Assembly: GCF_009914755.1 (NCBI RefSeq)
Contig: NC_060935.1
DNA: 64,000 bases
Strand: one strand, 5' to 3'
From: the human T2T-CHM13v2.0 reference genome, Homo sapiens
Made by a program: the position numbers and the translations under genes. Below the pieces are notes generated by a model that saw only the letters and a program-made list of their open reading frames with translations, was not told the origin of the DNA and ran no database searches. This document shows positions 15,611 to 29,367 of this stretch, piece after piece. Position 1 is the first letter of the stretch. Every line of letters begins with the position of its first letter.

Positions 15611-18553
15611 TCTTTATTACATATAACACATTATAGAAGCTATATTATATTTGAAAATATATGCTTTAATATTTAAATATAAAAGGATTCTATTAATCTC
15701 AAAAATTTTACCACAAATTAAATCATATGCCTTCTAGGATATATACCACAGAAAATATAAAGGACTTCCTACATATTTTCATGAATAGAGCCATAAATTA
15801 GAAATTTGTTTTATTTTTTTTCTGATGAATAGTCAAAATAGGGGCAGCAGGATTAAGGGACAATGTTTCATATTTAGAAAAATTATTAGATACAGAGAAA
15901 ATTAACTTTCAACTAGCTTTTGGGTATATTTCATTTTGGGTTCAATTTATTTTATTTTCTGATATAGGAATACCAGAAAAGTTAAGTTTATTGTAAAAGT
16001 TAGGTAATTGACTAAGAAGCAAGTTTAGTTATTATTTTAAATTTTCATATTCTATTTAAGCTTAATATCTTTAAATAATTTAATAACACAAAAATTCTAT
16101 TTTACATAGTTTCTAGGACATAACATTTCTAAAACTATGGCAGGTTACATCAGGGTTGCACTGTGGTTCTATTAAAATATTGATTTTGTAAATTCCTGTT
16201 TATATTATTATATAAATAAAAATTTTAAGTCATATATGTATGCATTATTCACATGTAATTAAAAAATTATTTATTAAAATTGATCTTAATGCATCTCATA
16301 AAAAAGAACTGTGCAATCACCTCATGTTTATGCAGTTGAATGAGGTATATGTGAAAGTTTCATCCAATCTTACTTATCCTTTAGTTTGGAAGGAGAAGTA
16401 ATTTTTCCAAGCTTATGCTGCTAAACATGACATTTAAACATAGAGTTTTAGAGTCCAAATATAATTCCCAGTATTCTACAGTTGCCTTATTTCAGATATC
16501 TTAGGAAAATAAAGTCTGGAATTGTAATGTAGCTGACCTTTCTCCTCTATGTGGTGGTAAACATGTATTTTGTAATGGACTCCTTTGGTAGATTATTAGC
16601 ACATTTTTCAAAATTCACTGGCATTTTTTTTTTGAATCGTGCTTCTTCTTATCTGGCTAATTCCTGTTTGTTCCTGACTCTTGTCAGTAAACGTTTGTAT
16701 ATATCCCATTGATTCTTCTAACACAGAAAGAAAGAGAGAGAAAGAGAGAGAGAGGAGAAAATATAGGAGAAAGAGAGGATAGGAATTTGTATAAGAGAAC
16801 TATATTTTTTATGACTCAAAAATACATTAATTCATATTTAAAATATTTATTGATAACTTTATAAGCTATTTTATTCACATAACACAAACAAAATTACTTA
16901 ATATATTTGTGTATGTGTGTGTTGTCATGAGTAATATGTAAGTAGTCTGGATTTACACAGAAAGTGGAATTTAACTGAATTATATCTTTTGCTGTAGAAT
17001 TTTCTAAGAATCAAATGAGAATTTTTGTTTCGTTCTGTAGTCCCTCATTTATGAGGGTATTTATTTTGTATATTAAAAAAATCTTCCACATGGATCTGTT
17101 AGGACATTTCTATAATAATATATATAAACACTTGGCCTTTTTTTTTCTTTCTAAAAGTGGTTTTAGTCTTATTTGTTCATTCTCTTCTTAATGTGTGGTC
17201 ATCTTAACATGACAAAATTTTGGTATGTCTCACATCATGAATATAAATCATTTGTAAGTCACTGAATTCAGAATGGACCTGCATATGACAGAGTTGTCAC
17301 CCCTTTTAAAACTTTCATAATCTATGACATGATAAAAGAAAAACAAAGTCACCTTGCTTAAATCTCCCCTCTAATTTTACCTCTAAATTTAGTGTATGTA
17401 GTACTAAACCGTTTCAATAACAGGTTTTCAGTCTAGATACAGAAGTCCCTGTAACCTTGTTACCTTTTTTCTTTTAATTATTTATTTATTTTTGGTTGTG
17501 TAATTGTCTTTCTTCATACTTGTCAATGTGAAACAGAATGATACCATCAGGAAAGAAGTCCAGAGGACAAACACTACTTTCTTGCAAATATAGTAATGTT
17601 ATTTTTTAGCCAGATATTCTATAATTTTTATTAGTTATTATTGGTGATTTTTATTTCATAGTAATTTTAGAAACTCTAAAAGCAACTATAATATACTAAA
17701 AGAATGGCCATGATTTATTTTTAACAGAAATATAAAATAAAATAAAATAAAATACATCCAAGGACTTTGCAAAAATAACAAACATATGAATTATTAGTAA
17801 GATATATCTCACATTGTTATTAAGTTGAAATTTAAAAACAGTTATGATAAACAAGGTACAGAGGCCAAAATTTGCCAACTAGGTGATATATATTTCAGGA
17901 AGAAAAAATCCTGAAAATAAAACACATTGTAATGTTTGTAAAGGTACGTCTATCTCCAGAATACAGTCTGCTCTTCTATGTAATGGAACAAGATAATTGC
18001 CAGAACAGAGGACATGAAATGGTTTTATTTAAAAAGGCTGCTGCATGCGACAAGTTGAAATGTATGTCTGACTTATCCCCATTTTCTAGTCATTTGGAAG
18101 CCTTTTAAATTAAATAGTTTTGATATTTTTAAACATTTAAATTCAACTGTGCTGTGAGTGTGGTTTCTCTTATTTTAAAATTGTGAACATTTACAAAAGA
18201 CATTTCATGTACTTCATCACAAATCTAAAAGTGTACTCAAGTGTGTGCTTTCCACTATAACATATTTAGTTTTAAATATTTCTACATTCAGCAATCTTTG
18301 TGAGCTTTAGGACATAATATGAGAGGAAGCAGTAAAAAATTCAACTGAAAATTAACTGGAAAATAAAATCACTTTAATTAGCAGGGTTTTTTAAAAACAT
18401 GATAAATTTAGCCAAGAAATTAATTACATATTTTTTTTCCTTTTACTTATACAGTGAAATTCTTCTATTTGGCTCCAATTACTTCATCATTGTCTATTCC
18501 ATTACTATCAGGGAAATTATTATGCCCCAAGAAAAAAACAAGGATACAATTGA

Positions 18554-19576
18554 ATGGACTCCACTTTCACAGGCTATAACCTTTATAACCTGCAAGTAAA
18601 AACTGAAATGGACAAGTTGTCATCAGGTTTGGATATATACAGGAATCCACTGAAGAACAAGACTGAAGTCACCATGTTTATATTGACAGGCTTCACAGAT
18701 GATTTTGAGCTGCAAGTCTTCCTATTTTTACTATTTTTTGCAATCTATCTCTTTACCTTGATAGGCAATTTAGGGCTGGTTGTGTTGGTCATTGAGGATT
18801 CCTGGCTCCACAACCCCATGTATTATTTTCTTAGTGTTTTATCATTCTTGGATGCTTGCTATTCTACAGTTGTCACTCCAAAAATGTTGGTCAATTTCCT
18901 GGCAAAAAATAAATCCATTTCATTTATCGGATGTGCAACACAGATGCTTCTTTTTGTTACTTTTGGAACTACAGAATGTTTTCTCTTGGCTGCAATGGCT
19001 TATGATCACTATGTAGCCATCTACAACCCTCTCCTGTATTCAGTGAGCATGTCACCCAGAGTCTATGTGCCACTCATCACTGCTTCCTACGTTGCTGGCA
19101 TTTTACATGCTACTATACATATAGTGGCTACATTTAGCCTGTCCTTCTGTGGATCCAATGAAATTAGGCATGTCTTTTGTGATATGCCTCCTCTCCTTGC
19201 TATTTCTTGTTCTGACACTCACACAAACCAGCTTCTACTCTTCTACTTTGTGGGTTCTATTGAGATAGTCACTATCCTGATTGTCCTCATTTCCTGTGAT
19301 TTCATTCTGTTGTCCATTCTGAAGATGCATTCTGCTAAGGGAAGGCAAAAGGCCTTCTCTACATGTGGCTCTCACCTAACTGGAGTGACAATTTATCATG
19401 GAACAATTCTCGTCAGTTATATGAGACCAAGTTCCAGCTATGCTTCAGACCATGACATCATAGTGTCAATATTTTACACAATTGTGATTCCCAAGTTGAA
19501 TCCCATCATCTATAGTTTGAGGAACAAAGAAGTAAAAAAGGCAGTGAAGAAAATGTTGAAATTGGTTTACAAATGA
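18554..19576 (+). CDS. OR5T3: Olfactory receptor family 5 subfamily T member 3 (single coding exon; probable physiological start is ATG 18608, 322 aa)
   Basis: 340-aa ORF with OR motifs [17 protein letters not shown](H)[12 protein letters not shown](K)[10 protein letters not shown] and N-glycosylation site NKT; sequence recognised. Confidence 0.93.
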   Translation: MDSTFTGYNLYNLQVKTEMDKLSSGLDIYRNPLKNKTEVTMFILTGFTDDFELQVFLFLLFFAIYLFTLIGNLGLVVLVIEDSWLHNPMYYFLSVLSFLDACYSTVVTPKMLVNFLAKNKSISFIGCATQMLLFVTFGTTECFLLAAMAYDHYVAIYNPLLYSVSMSPRVYVPLITASYVAGILHATIHIVATFSLSFCGSNEIRHVFCDMPPLLAISCSDTHTNQLLLFYFVGSIEIVTILIVLISCDFILLSILKMHSAKGRQKAFSTCGSHLTGVTIYHGTILVSYMRPSSSYASDHDIIVSIFYTIVIPKLNPIIYSLRNKEVKKAVKKMLKLVYK

Positions 19577-21489
19577 AGAATATATTTAAAATTGAGTAAA
19601 CCTGAAAAAAATGTTGAGTGTCAGAGTTCACATCTCTATATTTTAGTTAAAGTATTTGCATATCAAAGAATAGTTTCAAAAAAGCATTAAGCAGCCTGCC
19701 AATGCAGCATTTTTCAAATGTAAACAAATTGCATCACATATTTGCCAATTAATTTGTTCAGAGATCTATATTAAATATTATTTGATATAAATATATTGTT
19801 ATTGTTACCAACCACACACTACTAACAACAGCTTTCACAGTAAGTAAAAATCAGTTACACACTTATAACTAGTAAGTGAATCCTACAGAATCCTGGGAAT
19901 TGATAAATGCTTACATGGCTGATAAAAAGTTTTTGCATTCATTGTGGAGTTACTTCCTCAATCTATAAGCCCTAAGAAGAAATATCCAAATTTTACTTTA
20001 CTTTCCCTAAATGTGCCTTCATAAACTGAGATCTACTCAAGCTTCCAAACATGCCTTTTGCTGTGTTTATATCTACATCATAAATTCTTTCCACAATTAA
20101 ATGCTTTCCTTGCCCCTTTTCAACCACAGAAGCTGATTGTAGTCATTGTGAAACTATATTGATTGTGAATGCTAATATTTATTGAGAGTGTTCTGAAGGC
20201 TCAGGAAACACTATACCCCAGGAATGAAACTATGACATATGTATAAATGACTGCTCTAAGGTCTGACAAACTAGCATATCCTTGCTCACTTCGTAGTCCT
20301 GCCATTATCTTCTATCTACTTTACCTGTAAGAAATGACTGCAATGTCATCCTTCCACAAAATTTACACCTAGTGAGCAAGCCCACAGAATGGAAATTATT
20401 TTGCTTTACCTCTACTCACATCTGGCTTTACTTTACGTATTCTGCTTTAGTAAGTTTTGTTAAAACATTTATTTGAAGATTCATTAAAAGTGGAAATTAA
20501 TTGTTTTTTCAAAAAACACACACTTGTCCCTCCAAGGATATTTTTATGTGAATTAACCAGAATGATCCAATCATAACATAGTAGCCACACTGAAAATTTC
20601 AGACATCAGTTTCTAATCTTTACTAATCAATTATGCAAAGAGAACCCAACCCTCTTTTTTTGAATAAGCAAATGCTTGCAGTCAAAATCTGTACTAAATT
20701 TCCTCTTAAAAAAATAAATCTATTTTTAGATACAAAACCCTGATTACACTGTAGACAAAATTTTCTTAAAAAAATAAGCTATTTGAATTACAGAATCTTA
20801 AAATGTAGTTTTCTGTGTATGATCTTTTGGGGAGAATGTTCTGGAAGAAAATTTAATATGCTTCAAAAATGTGTCTAAATAAATAGCTGTCTCACAAAAT
20901 TTAAAATTTCTGCAGAATTCCAGAATCATTTATTTTTTTGAGGGTTTTTCAAATTATGGTGTCAAAATTGTTAGGTAACGTTTTAGTCAAGGTTGCTATC
21001 TCTTTTTTTGTTTTGTTTCTCTTTCAAATTAGCAAAAATAGTCATTCTTTGAGAAAGGAATAGGCGAGCATTAGGTAAAATGATGCACTGACATATGCCT
21101 AAAAATATCTGGTTAACAATGCATTCAACAAACTCATTCAGAACTTGTCAAGTTAACCATCATGAAAAGTTCACTATCTCTCTTTTTATCCTAATCGATT
21201 AGAAAACAAATGGTGTGAATAAGCAGTCTCGAATGACCTGCTATTTGTTCAGGTCAAGGTGAGAAAAATGGTATATTTAACTCTCAAGTCAATAGAACAT
21301 TTTGTTACATATCTCAGCTCAATTACCTTTCCCCCCAAAAGAATGATTTGACTCACTATGACCCCATGGAGCCTCTCTCACTTATCACAGTTGCCATTTA
21401 GCATGTGATGTTGTGATTTTATAATATATTATCCAGATCTACCATGATGCTGACATTGTAACTTGCATAAAAACATGCATTGGGCATAT

Positions 21490-21830
21490 TTGTCCTCAAA
21501 ATTGTATCCCTGAGTCCTAAAAGAGTACCTAGAACTTATGGTTTGCTGACAAAATATTTATTAAATAAATAGTGAGTACATGAATGAATTATATTTAATA
21601 CTAATAATTAACATATGCTTATCAGGTACTGGACAATCATGTAAAAGTTTTTACTATATTAACTTATGTAATTCTCATAACTTCAGGAAGTGGTTGTAGT
21701 AATATCTTTTAACAAAGTTGAGGAAACAGCAGCACATAAATTTTAAGGAATTTGCTCAATGCCACATAGCTCTAAAGGGTGATGTCAGGATTCACATCTA
21801 AGCTGTCTGGTTACAGAGTTCCTGTTTTTA
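21490..21830. mobile_element. L2 3' end (+, 21490-21590) and MIR (-, 21610-21830)
   Basis: aatatttattaaataaat..gaatgaat tail; gaggaaacagcagcaca..ttgctcaatgccacatagct MIR core. Confidence 0.55.
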
Positions 21831-22039
21831 AGCTTGTTATACATGGAGTGAAAGAACAGATTTATCTTTTCACTTTACCAACTTTATTAGTTATCCTCCA
21901 GAGAGCATTATTGAGAATACTGAAGCTCCTCATTAAGTCTGTGGCAGAAATAAGAAGAAAAAGGAATGCATTTTAAAAGTACTGAAAATGTGGTTTCCAC
22001 TGATTTGGCCATTCATTCCATTCATTGAGATGTAGAAGT

Positions 22040-22167
22040 TTCAAGAAATCAGTATGTCAAAGAGATATCCGTACTCTTATGTTTATGGCAGCATTATTTG
22101 CAGTAGCCAAGATATGGAATGAACCTAAATGCCCATCTACAAATGAATGCATAAAGAAAATGTCACA

Positions 22168-22211
<44 letters not shown>

Positions 22212-22745
22212 GGAATACTACTGAGAAATAAAATAGAATGAAATCCTGCCATTAATGACAACATGGATGAATAAGTGAGTGAAATAAGCCAAGCACAGAA
22301 ATACAAATACTGCACAATCTCACTTATATGTAGAATAATAATAATAATAATAATAATAAACAACTTGATTTTATAGAAGTAAAAAGTAAGTGAAAAGTGG
22401 TTATCAGAAGCTAAACAGGGTAGTGGAGACAAATTAAATGAGGTTGGTTGATTGATATAAAATAACAATTAAACAGGAAAAGTAAGTCCTGATGTTTTAT
22501 TACACAGTAGGGTGACTGTGGCAGTAACAGTGTAGTATGTATTTTAAGATAGCTGGCAAAGAATATTTTAAATGTTATTCCACAAATAAATGATAAATGT
22601 TTAAAGTGATGGATATCCTAATTACCTTGATTTGACCATTTTACAATGTATACATGCATTGGAACATCACAGTGTACGCCATAAATAAATATATACCATT
22701 CTTTTCTGTCAATTATAAATTTTAAAATTAATTAAAAATAAAAGT
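22040..22745 (+). mobile_element. L1MA 3' end with (CA)n (22172-22208) and (TAA)n microsatellites
   Basis: L1 3'UTR homology. Confidence 0.8.
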
Positions 22746-23384
22746 TATTGGAAGTGAAATTTCATCTGGATTTGACAATTCATTTTATTTATTGAGACCT
22801 TTTGAATTTGCAAGTTTTGAGCCTATATGATAAAACAAGACAAATATAAAAAGTAAAAGTGAGAGAGAAAAAAAAGACAGAGAGAGACGAGACAGACAGA
22901 AAAAGGAGAAGGAAGGAAATAGGAAGGGGACACACTGGAGAGATGAATATTGTAGAAGTTGAGTGGTTAAGATCAGTTATATGTATACTGATTCTGAGGT
23001 TCCATTACATTTTTAATGCACAGAACTAAAACTCCAGAAGAATATTACAGTGGTGAGTGGAGAGTTATCCAGAAAAGAAACATTTGAAATCGCAGTATTG
23101 GGTGGGATTTTAAATGATATACAGAACCTCTACTTCCACACAGAATTTGGAAAGCAGCAAAGTAAATTCTTCTCATTCTAACAACTTAAAAAGCCAAGTA
23201 ATCTTCAAAATTATAGCTTTTCATGAGTCTATCAGAGAACCAAGGTTCAAAACATCCAAGAAATCTGAATTCCAAAGAAGACCAAGTTACTTCAAATGTA
23301 GATGAGATGCCTGAGCATCTCTTTCTTTCACTGTGGGCACAGAGTATGAGATATATTTGTTCACCATACAGATAGGAAGAAATT

Positions 23385-23895
23385 ACTGGCTATATACCCA
23401 AAAGATTATAAACCATTCTAGTATAAAGAGACATGCACACTTATGTTTATTGCAGCACTATTCACAATAGCAAAGACTTGGAACCAACCCAAATGCCCAT
23501 CAATGATAGACTGGATAAAGAAAATGTAGCACATATACATCATGGAATACTATGCAGCCATAAAAAAAGGATGAGTTCATGTCCTTTGCAGGAACATGGA
23601 TGAAGCCGGAAACCGTCATTCTCAGCAAATTAACACAGGAACAGAAAACCAAACACTGCATGTTCTCACTCGTAAGTGGGAGTTGAACAATGAGAACACA
23701 TGGATACAGGGAGGGGAATATCACACACCAGGGCCTGTTGGGGGATGGGGTGCCAGGGGAGGGATAGCACTAGGAGAAATACCTAACGTAGATGATGGGT
23801 TGATGGGTGCAGCAAACCATCATGGCACGTGTATAACTATGTAATAAACCTCGTGTTCTGTGCATGTATCCCAGAAGTTAAAGTATAGTTTAAAA
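23385..23895 (+). mobile_element. L1PA 3' end
   Basis: ggagaaatacctaacgtagatgatgggttgatgggtgcagc. Confidence 0.85.
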
Positions 23896-25278
23896 ACAGA
23901 GGAAATCAGCTTAAAATTAAGTAATTTTAAAGGCCAAGTGAGAGTTATTGGGAAAAGCAGGAAGTCCTAGAATAAAGTTTGCATTCACTCCCAAGGTTTT
24001 CTCTGCAGGCCCCCAACAAGCATTTACAAAAAAAAAAAAAAAAAAAACAAATAAAATTAACGTCTTCAAATATCGTTATTCCTCGTTGTCTTTGAGTAAA
24101 GAGCATGAAAATTACTAGAATAAATGCTTTAGTGGAGAGGGTAAACACCATGCATGAATATGTGAGAAATATCAGAGATGGAAAATATATGGAAGTATTC
24201 AATAAAATTCTATAAATAAAAACTCATGCTCACAGTCACAATATCTGAGACAAAGAATTTCTTTCACAAGTTTATCAGTAGATTCAGTAACTTGAGAAAA
24301 GTATTAGTGAACTTAAAGATAAAGCAACATAAATTAACCAGAGAGAAAAGTTAAAGAAAAAATATGGAATTAAAAGTTATCAAAGAACTGTAGGGCAACA
24401 TCAAACAGTCCAATATACATACAGTTAGTGTTTCAGAACAAGAATCAAGGGAGAATGGGTCAGAATAAACATTTGAAGACAAAATGGTCAAGAATTTTCT
24501 AAAAATAAGAGAACATAAAATCACAGGTACAAAATACTCAGGAGACCCAAGGAAGGATGTGTTAATCAGGGTTCTCCAGAGAAACAGAACCAACAGGATG
24601 TATGGGGGAGGAGGGGGATGAAGGATTCATTACAAGGAATTGGCTCATGTGATTTTGGGAGGCTGGCAATTTCAAATTCTACGGGGTGGGTCATTAGGCT
24701 GGAGATCCAGGATTATTGATAATCTACTCGGAACCCATGGGCAAAGTGCTGTAGAACCAGGAAGAGCTGGTGACGTAGACAAGATCTGAAGGCAGTCTGC
24801 TGGAGAATTAGCTCTTGCTCTGGAGAGGCTAGTTTTTTGCTCCATGCAAACCTTCATCTAATTGAGTAAGGCCAACCCACATTATGGAGGTCAATAGGCA
24901 TTCCTCAAATGCCACCAATTTCAATGTTAATCTCTCCCAAAACATCCTTAGAGTAACAAACACATTAATGTCTGACCAAATGTAAGCACATCATAGCCCA
25001 TTTAAGTTGACACATTAAAATTAATCAATATAAGTGTACCCCTTGTCAACCTGGCAGTCATATATATCCCCTTAAAACATACTTGATCTCCAAATGAAAA
25101 CAAAAATAAGGTCAAACTTCTACCTAACATGATATTTCCATTCTTAATAAAATCAAAACTGTTCTCACCCTTTCCCCTAGAAGAGGATGAAAAGTCCTTA
25201 GATGATGTTTACTTTTTTTCCTTGATATTCCATACCTCAAGCACTATGCTGTAAAGTGGACTATATTTAAACAATGTG

Positions 25279-25785
25279 ATGGAAAGCCAATGCACTCTAT
25301 GCAGTAGTCCATTTTTTGCCTCTAAAACAGAATACCTGAGACTGGGTCATTTATAAAGGATAAAAATTTGTTTTCCCACATTTCTGGAGACTGAGAAGTC
25401 CAAGATTAAGGTGGCAGCATTTACTGTCTGGTGAGACCCTTCTTGCTGCATCCTCACATGGCAGAAGGTGGACAGGAAAGGGAGCAAGCTAGCCAACTGC
25501 TGAACGAAGCCTTTCATATAAGCCTTAATTTCATTAACAAAGAATGAGTTGTAAGGACAGCCTAATCACCTCTTAAAGGTCTCACTTCTTGATGCTACCA
25601 AATTGGCAACACCTGAATTTTGGAGGCGACACATTTAAAATATAATATTTTGCCCCAGGACTCCAAAATTTATGTCCTTCTCACATAAAAAATACATTTG
25701 TTCCATCTGAATAGCACCCCAAAATCCTAACTCATTCCAAAAGCAATTCAAAATTTAAAAATCTAGAGTTTTATTTAAATCTGCT
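25279..25785 (-). mobile_element. MST-type MaLR LTR plus short internal segment
   Basis: aatacctgagactgggtcatttataaag...aagtccaagatt. Confidence 0.7.
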
Positions 25786-28680
25786 CATGTATGGGAAGAG
25801 TCAATATTGTAAAACTGACCATACTGTCACAGGTTACTTGGGGTGTTGGTTTGCCAGCTTGAAACCTCTGTGGCCTTATGCCTGAGTATTGCTCACACCC
25901 GCTGGACTCATTTTATTAACTCTGCCTGGCAGTCCGCCCTTGGCCTGAGCTCCTGGCCCAGGACCCACATCTGCCAAGGGCAAGCCAGGTGCAGAGTGGC
26001 AAGGAGTATAGGAGCAAGTGGGAATAAGGTCCAGCCACTCCACACAGCCAGGCACACTGGCTGCTGCAGCTGAGCAGGCAGCTCCAGGTGCAAGCACAGG
26101 TCCTGGCTCTGTGCGAGGCTGTGGCTGGATCAGATGTATCACAAGCAGCTTCCACTGTGGGTACCTGCATCTGAACAGGGGGAGTGTGGTGGTGTCTGAA
26201 AGCTTGGAAATGTCAGAAACCATAGAGCCCCAAAGAGGACGTTATAGCCCTGGCCTGGGGAGACACTAGGTCTGGGCTCCCCAAAGGGCTGCAGCTCCTC
26301 CTCTAAATCATTGCCTGCAATGTGGTGGTTGGGGGGATGGGGGGTAGCAGGGGGCATGTTTCTGCCCTGTTTGTGTTACAGCTCTTTCAGTCCCATCATT
26401 TGGTGGTCCCAAGTTCTTGTCCCACATCCAGGAAGAATGAGGCACATTGACAACTGGAGGGTGAACAAGGCAGAGAAGAGCTTCATTGAGCAACAGAATA
26501 GCTCTAAGGAGACCTGCAGTGGGTAGCTTCTTTCCAAAGGCAGGTCATCCTGACAAGTGTCCAGCTCTCAGTGGAGACAAGACCCATAGTTGTTAGCTCC
26601 TTTCCATAGGCAAGTCGTCCTAGTGAGTCAAGGAGACCCAAAGTTGGTAGCTCCTTCCTGCAGCTGGTAGTTGGATTTCTGTCCAAGTCTGGCTGAGTCC
26701 AGGGTTTTCATGGGCTCAGAAAGAAGAAAGTGCATGCTGATTGGCCCATGGGTGGCCATGGAAGGACCCAGAAAAAGCAATATAAGTTCTCACTCCAGGC
26801 CATAGACTCCACCCAGAACTGGCAGCCCAGGCCCCTAGGCTTCAGGCCATCCCTGGCTTGAAGGTGGGTGGAGACATGCCTCTTTCTGCCCAGGAATTTG
26901 TCTGTCTCTCACCATCCAAGGCACCCAGGCTGTTTGTGCCAAGGAGTTCCTGCAGGCCAATGGCAACCCACCCTCAGCACCCCCCACAGCCTCCCTCCCA
27001 TGCTCATTGGTGCCCAAAGTCCACAGGATGCCAAGGCAGCAGGGGGCTGGTGTGCTAGTTTGCACACACCTACCTGGGTTGCAATAGTGCCCAGGCTTGA
27101 CCACAACGTTGCTATTCCTTGGAGTGGGAGCCAGGAGTTAGGAGAGGTGGGTAGCAAGAGCAGGCACTTTAAAGCCTGTAGGGGCAGGGGGTCTCCTGGG
27201 CACCCAAGCACAGGAATGCCCAGGTCTGGAGCCACAGCTGGGTGGCTGCAGCTGTGCCTGGGAATACAGGGTTCCCACCCTGCCAACTTGTTACGGGGCA
27301 GGGCTCCTGCCTGTTCCTGGCCCACTCTGGCTCTGTGGAGCACAAAGCCCCAGCTGCCTCCCCTGCTGCAGCCGTTGTCTTTGCAGCGGCTACTCCATAT
27401 GGACTGCCGTTGCCATCAATACTGCCCAAAGCAATATACAGATTCAATGCAATTTCTGTCAAAATGTCAACTTTTTCACAGAATTAGGAAAAACAATCCC
27501 AAAATTCATATGGAACCTAAAAACAACCCAGCTAGCCAAAGCAATCCTGAGCAGAAAGAACTAATCTGAAGGCAACACATTACTGAACTTAATATTATAC
27601 TATAAGGCTATAATAACAAAAACAGTGTGTACTGGTACATACAAAAAAAGTATGTATCCATTCTTATGAATGGATATGTAGACAGATGGAACACAGAGAA
27701 CCCAGAAATAAAGGCAAATACTTACAACCAAGGCTATAGTAACAAAAAAAGCATGTACTGGTATAAGAATAGATACATAGACAGATGGAACACAGAGAAC
27801 CCAGAAATAAAGGCAAATATTTACAAGCAAAACTATAGTTAACAAAAAAAGCATGTACTGGTATAAAAATAGATACATAGACATATGGAACACAGAAACC
27901 CCAGAAATAAAGGCAAGTACTTAAAACCAACTGATCTTTAAGAACGCATACAAAAATGTAAACTGAGCACAAGACACCCTATTTAATAAATGGTGCTGGG
28001 AAAACTGGATATCCACATGTAAAAGAATGAAACTGGATTCCTATATCTCACCATATACAAAAATCAACCTAAGATGGATTAAAGATTTAAATCTAAGACC
28101 TGAAACCATAAAACTTTTAGAAGAAAACCTAGAAAAATCTCTTTCGGGCATTGGCCTAGGCAAATAATTTATGATTGGGATCCCAAAATCAAATGCAACA
28201 AAAACAAAAATAAATAAATGGGACCTAATTAAGCTGAAACGCTTCTGCACAGCAAAAGAAATAATCAACAGAGTAAACAGACAACCCACAGAATGGGAGA
28301 AAATATTTGCAAACTATGCATCCAACAAAGGACTAATATCCAAAATCTACAAGGGATACAAATCAGTAAGAATAAAAACAAATAATACTACCAAAAAGTA
28401 GGCAAATGACATGAATAGACATTTCTCAAAAGAAGATATGCAAATGGCCAACAAACATATGAAAAACTGCTTAACATCAATAATTATCTGCTAAATGCAA
28501 ATCGAAACCCCCATGAGAGATCACCTTACCCCAGCCAGAATGGCCATTATTAAAAAGTCAAAAAACAATAGGTGTTGGTGTGGATGTGGTGAAAGGGAAT
28601 GCTTATACACCACTGGTGAGAATGTAAATTAGTTCTATGTCTATGGAAATCAGTATGGAGATTACTCAAAGAGCCAAAGT
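25786..28680 (+). mobile_element. L1 (PB/MA) ORF2 3' fragment interrupted by MER52
   Basis: ORF2 peptides ([22 protein letters not shown]). Confidence 0.8.
25825..27418 (-). mobile_element. GC-rich ERV1 solo LTR (MER52-like)
   Basis: Minus strand starts TGATGGCAACGGCAG; TG..CA ends; 4-bp TSD ATAC at 25821-25824 and 27419-27422. Confidence 0.85.
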
Positions 28681-29124
28681 TTATTTTGGTGAGCAATGTA
28701 TCTTTTGGACTTTTCCAGTTTGGGTTGGTAGATGTTAACAGGCAAATTCACTTCAACTTTTCAATATCTTTAACCCTTTAAATCCATGTTTCTACAGAAA
28801 AATAAAAGCAGGGACTTCACATTTAACTCACTGTGGGCTACCTTTTGGTCCATGTTTTAGCCAAACAAAAAATGTGTTAGAGTCTTTTCTCACTCTTTGA
28901 GCTGCAACATTAAATGCACTATCTCTGCTTACTGGATTTGTATCAAAAAATTTGGTCTCATCCAGTATTATATTCCTTTCATCATTATCTTACATCCTTA
29001 ATATCCATTTCCAAACATATTCTCTGAATTTCAGCCTGTATATGTTAGGAAACTCAAATACTTCTTTTAGAGTATAGCACACCTCTACATAGTTTACACT
29101 TTGTCCCTCACCTATAGGACCCTG

Positions 29125-29367
29125 TTGGCATGATCATTGCTCTCTGCAGCCTCAACCTCCCAGGCTCAAGTGATCCTCCCATCTCAGACCTCTTAAGTAG
29201 GTGGGAACATAGGCATTTGCCACCACGCTATTTTTATTTCTTTATATATATATATGGGTTCTCACTATATTGCATAGGTTAGTCTTGAACTCCTGGACTC
29301 AAGTGATCCTCCCACCTTGGCCTCCCAAAGTGATGAGATTACGGGTGTGAGCCACCACATCCAGCCT
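29125..29367 (-). mobile_element. AluJ, truncated
   Basis: Alu body without tail. Confidence 0.8.

Noticed and set aside
18780-19016. Alternative-frame 78-aa ORF also present at 41706-41942
   Set aside because: Non-ATG start; its conservation follows from the near-identity of the two OR CDSs
25843-27569. Cluster of overlapping ORFs up to 233 aa and a GC-rich island
   Set aside because: Chance ORFs within the GC-rich MER52 LTR bounded by a TSD
27604-27930. Repeat-spacer (CRISPR-like) appearance here and at 63676-63870
   Set aside because: Degenerate tandem duplications without unique spacers in eukaryotic DNA; no cas genes
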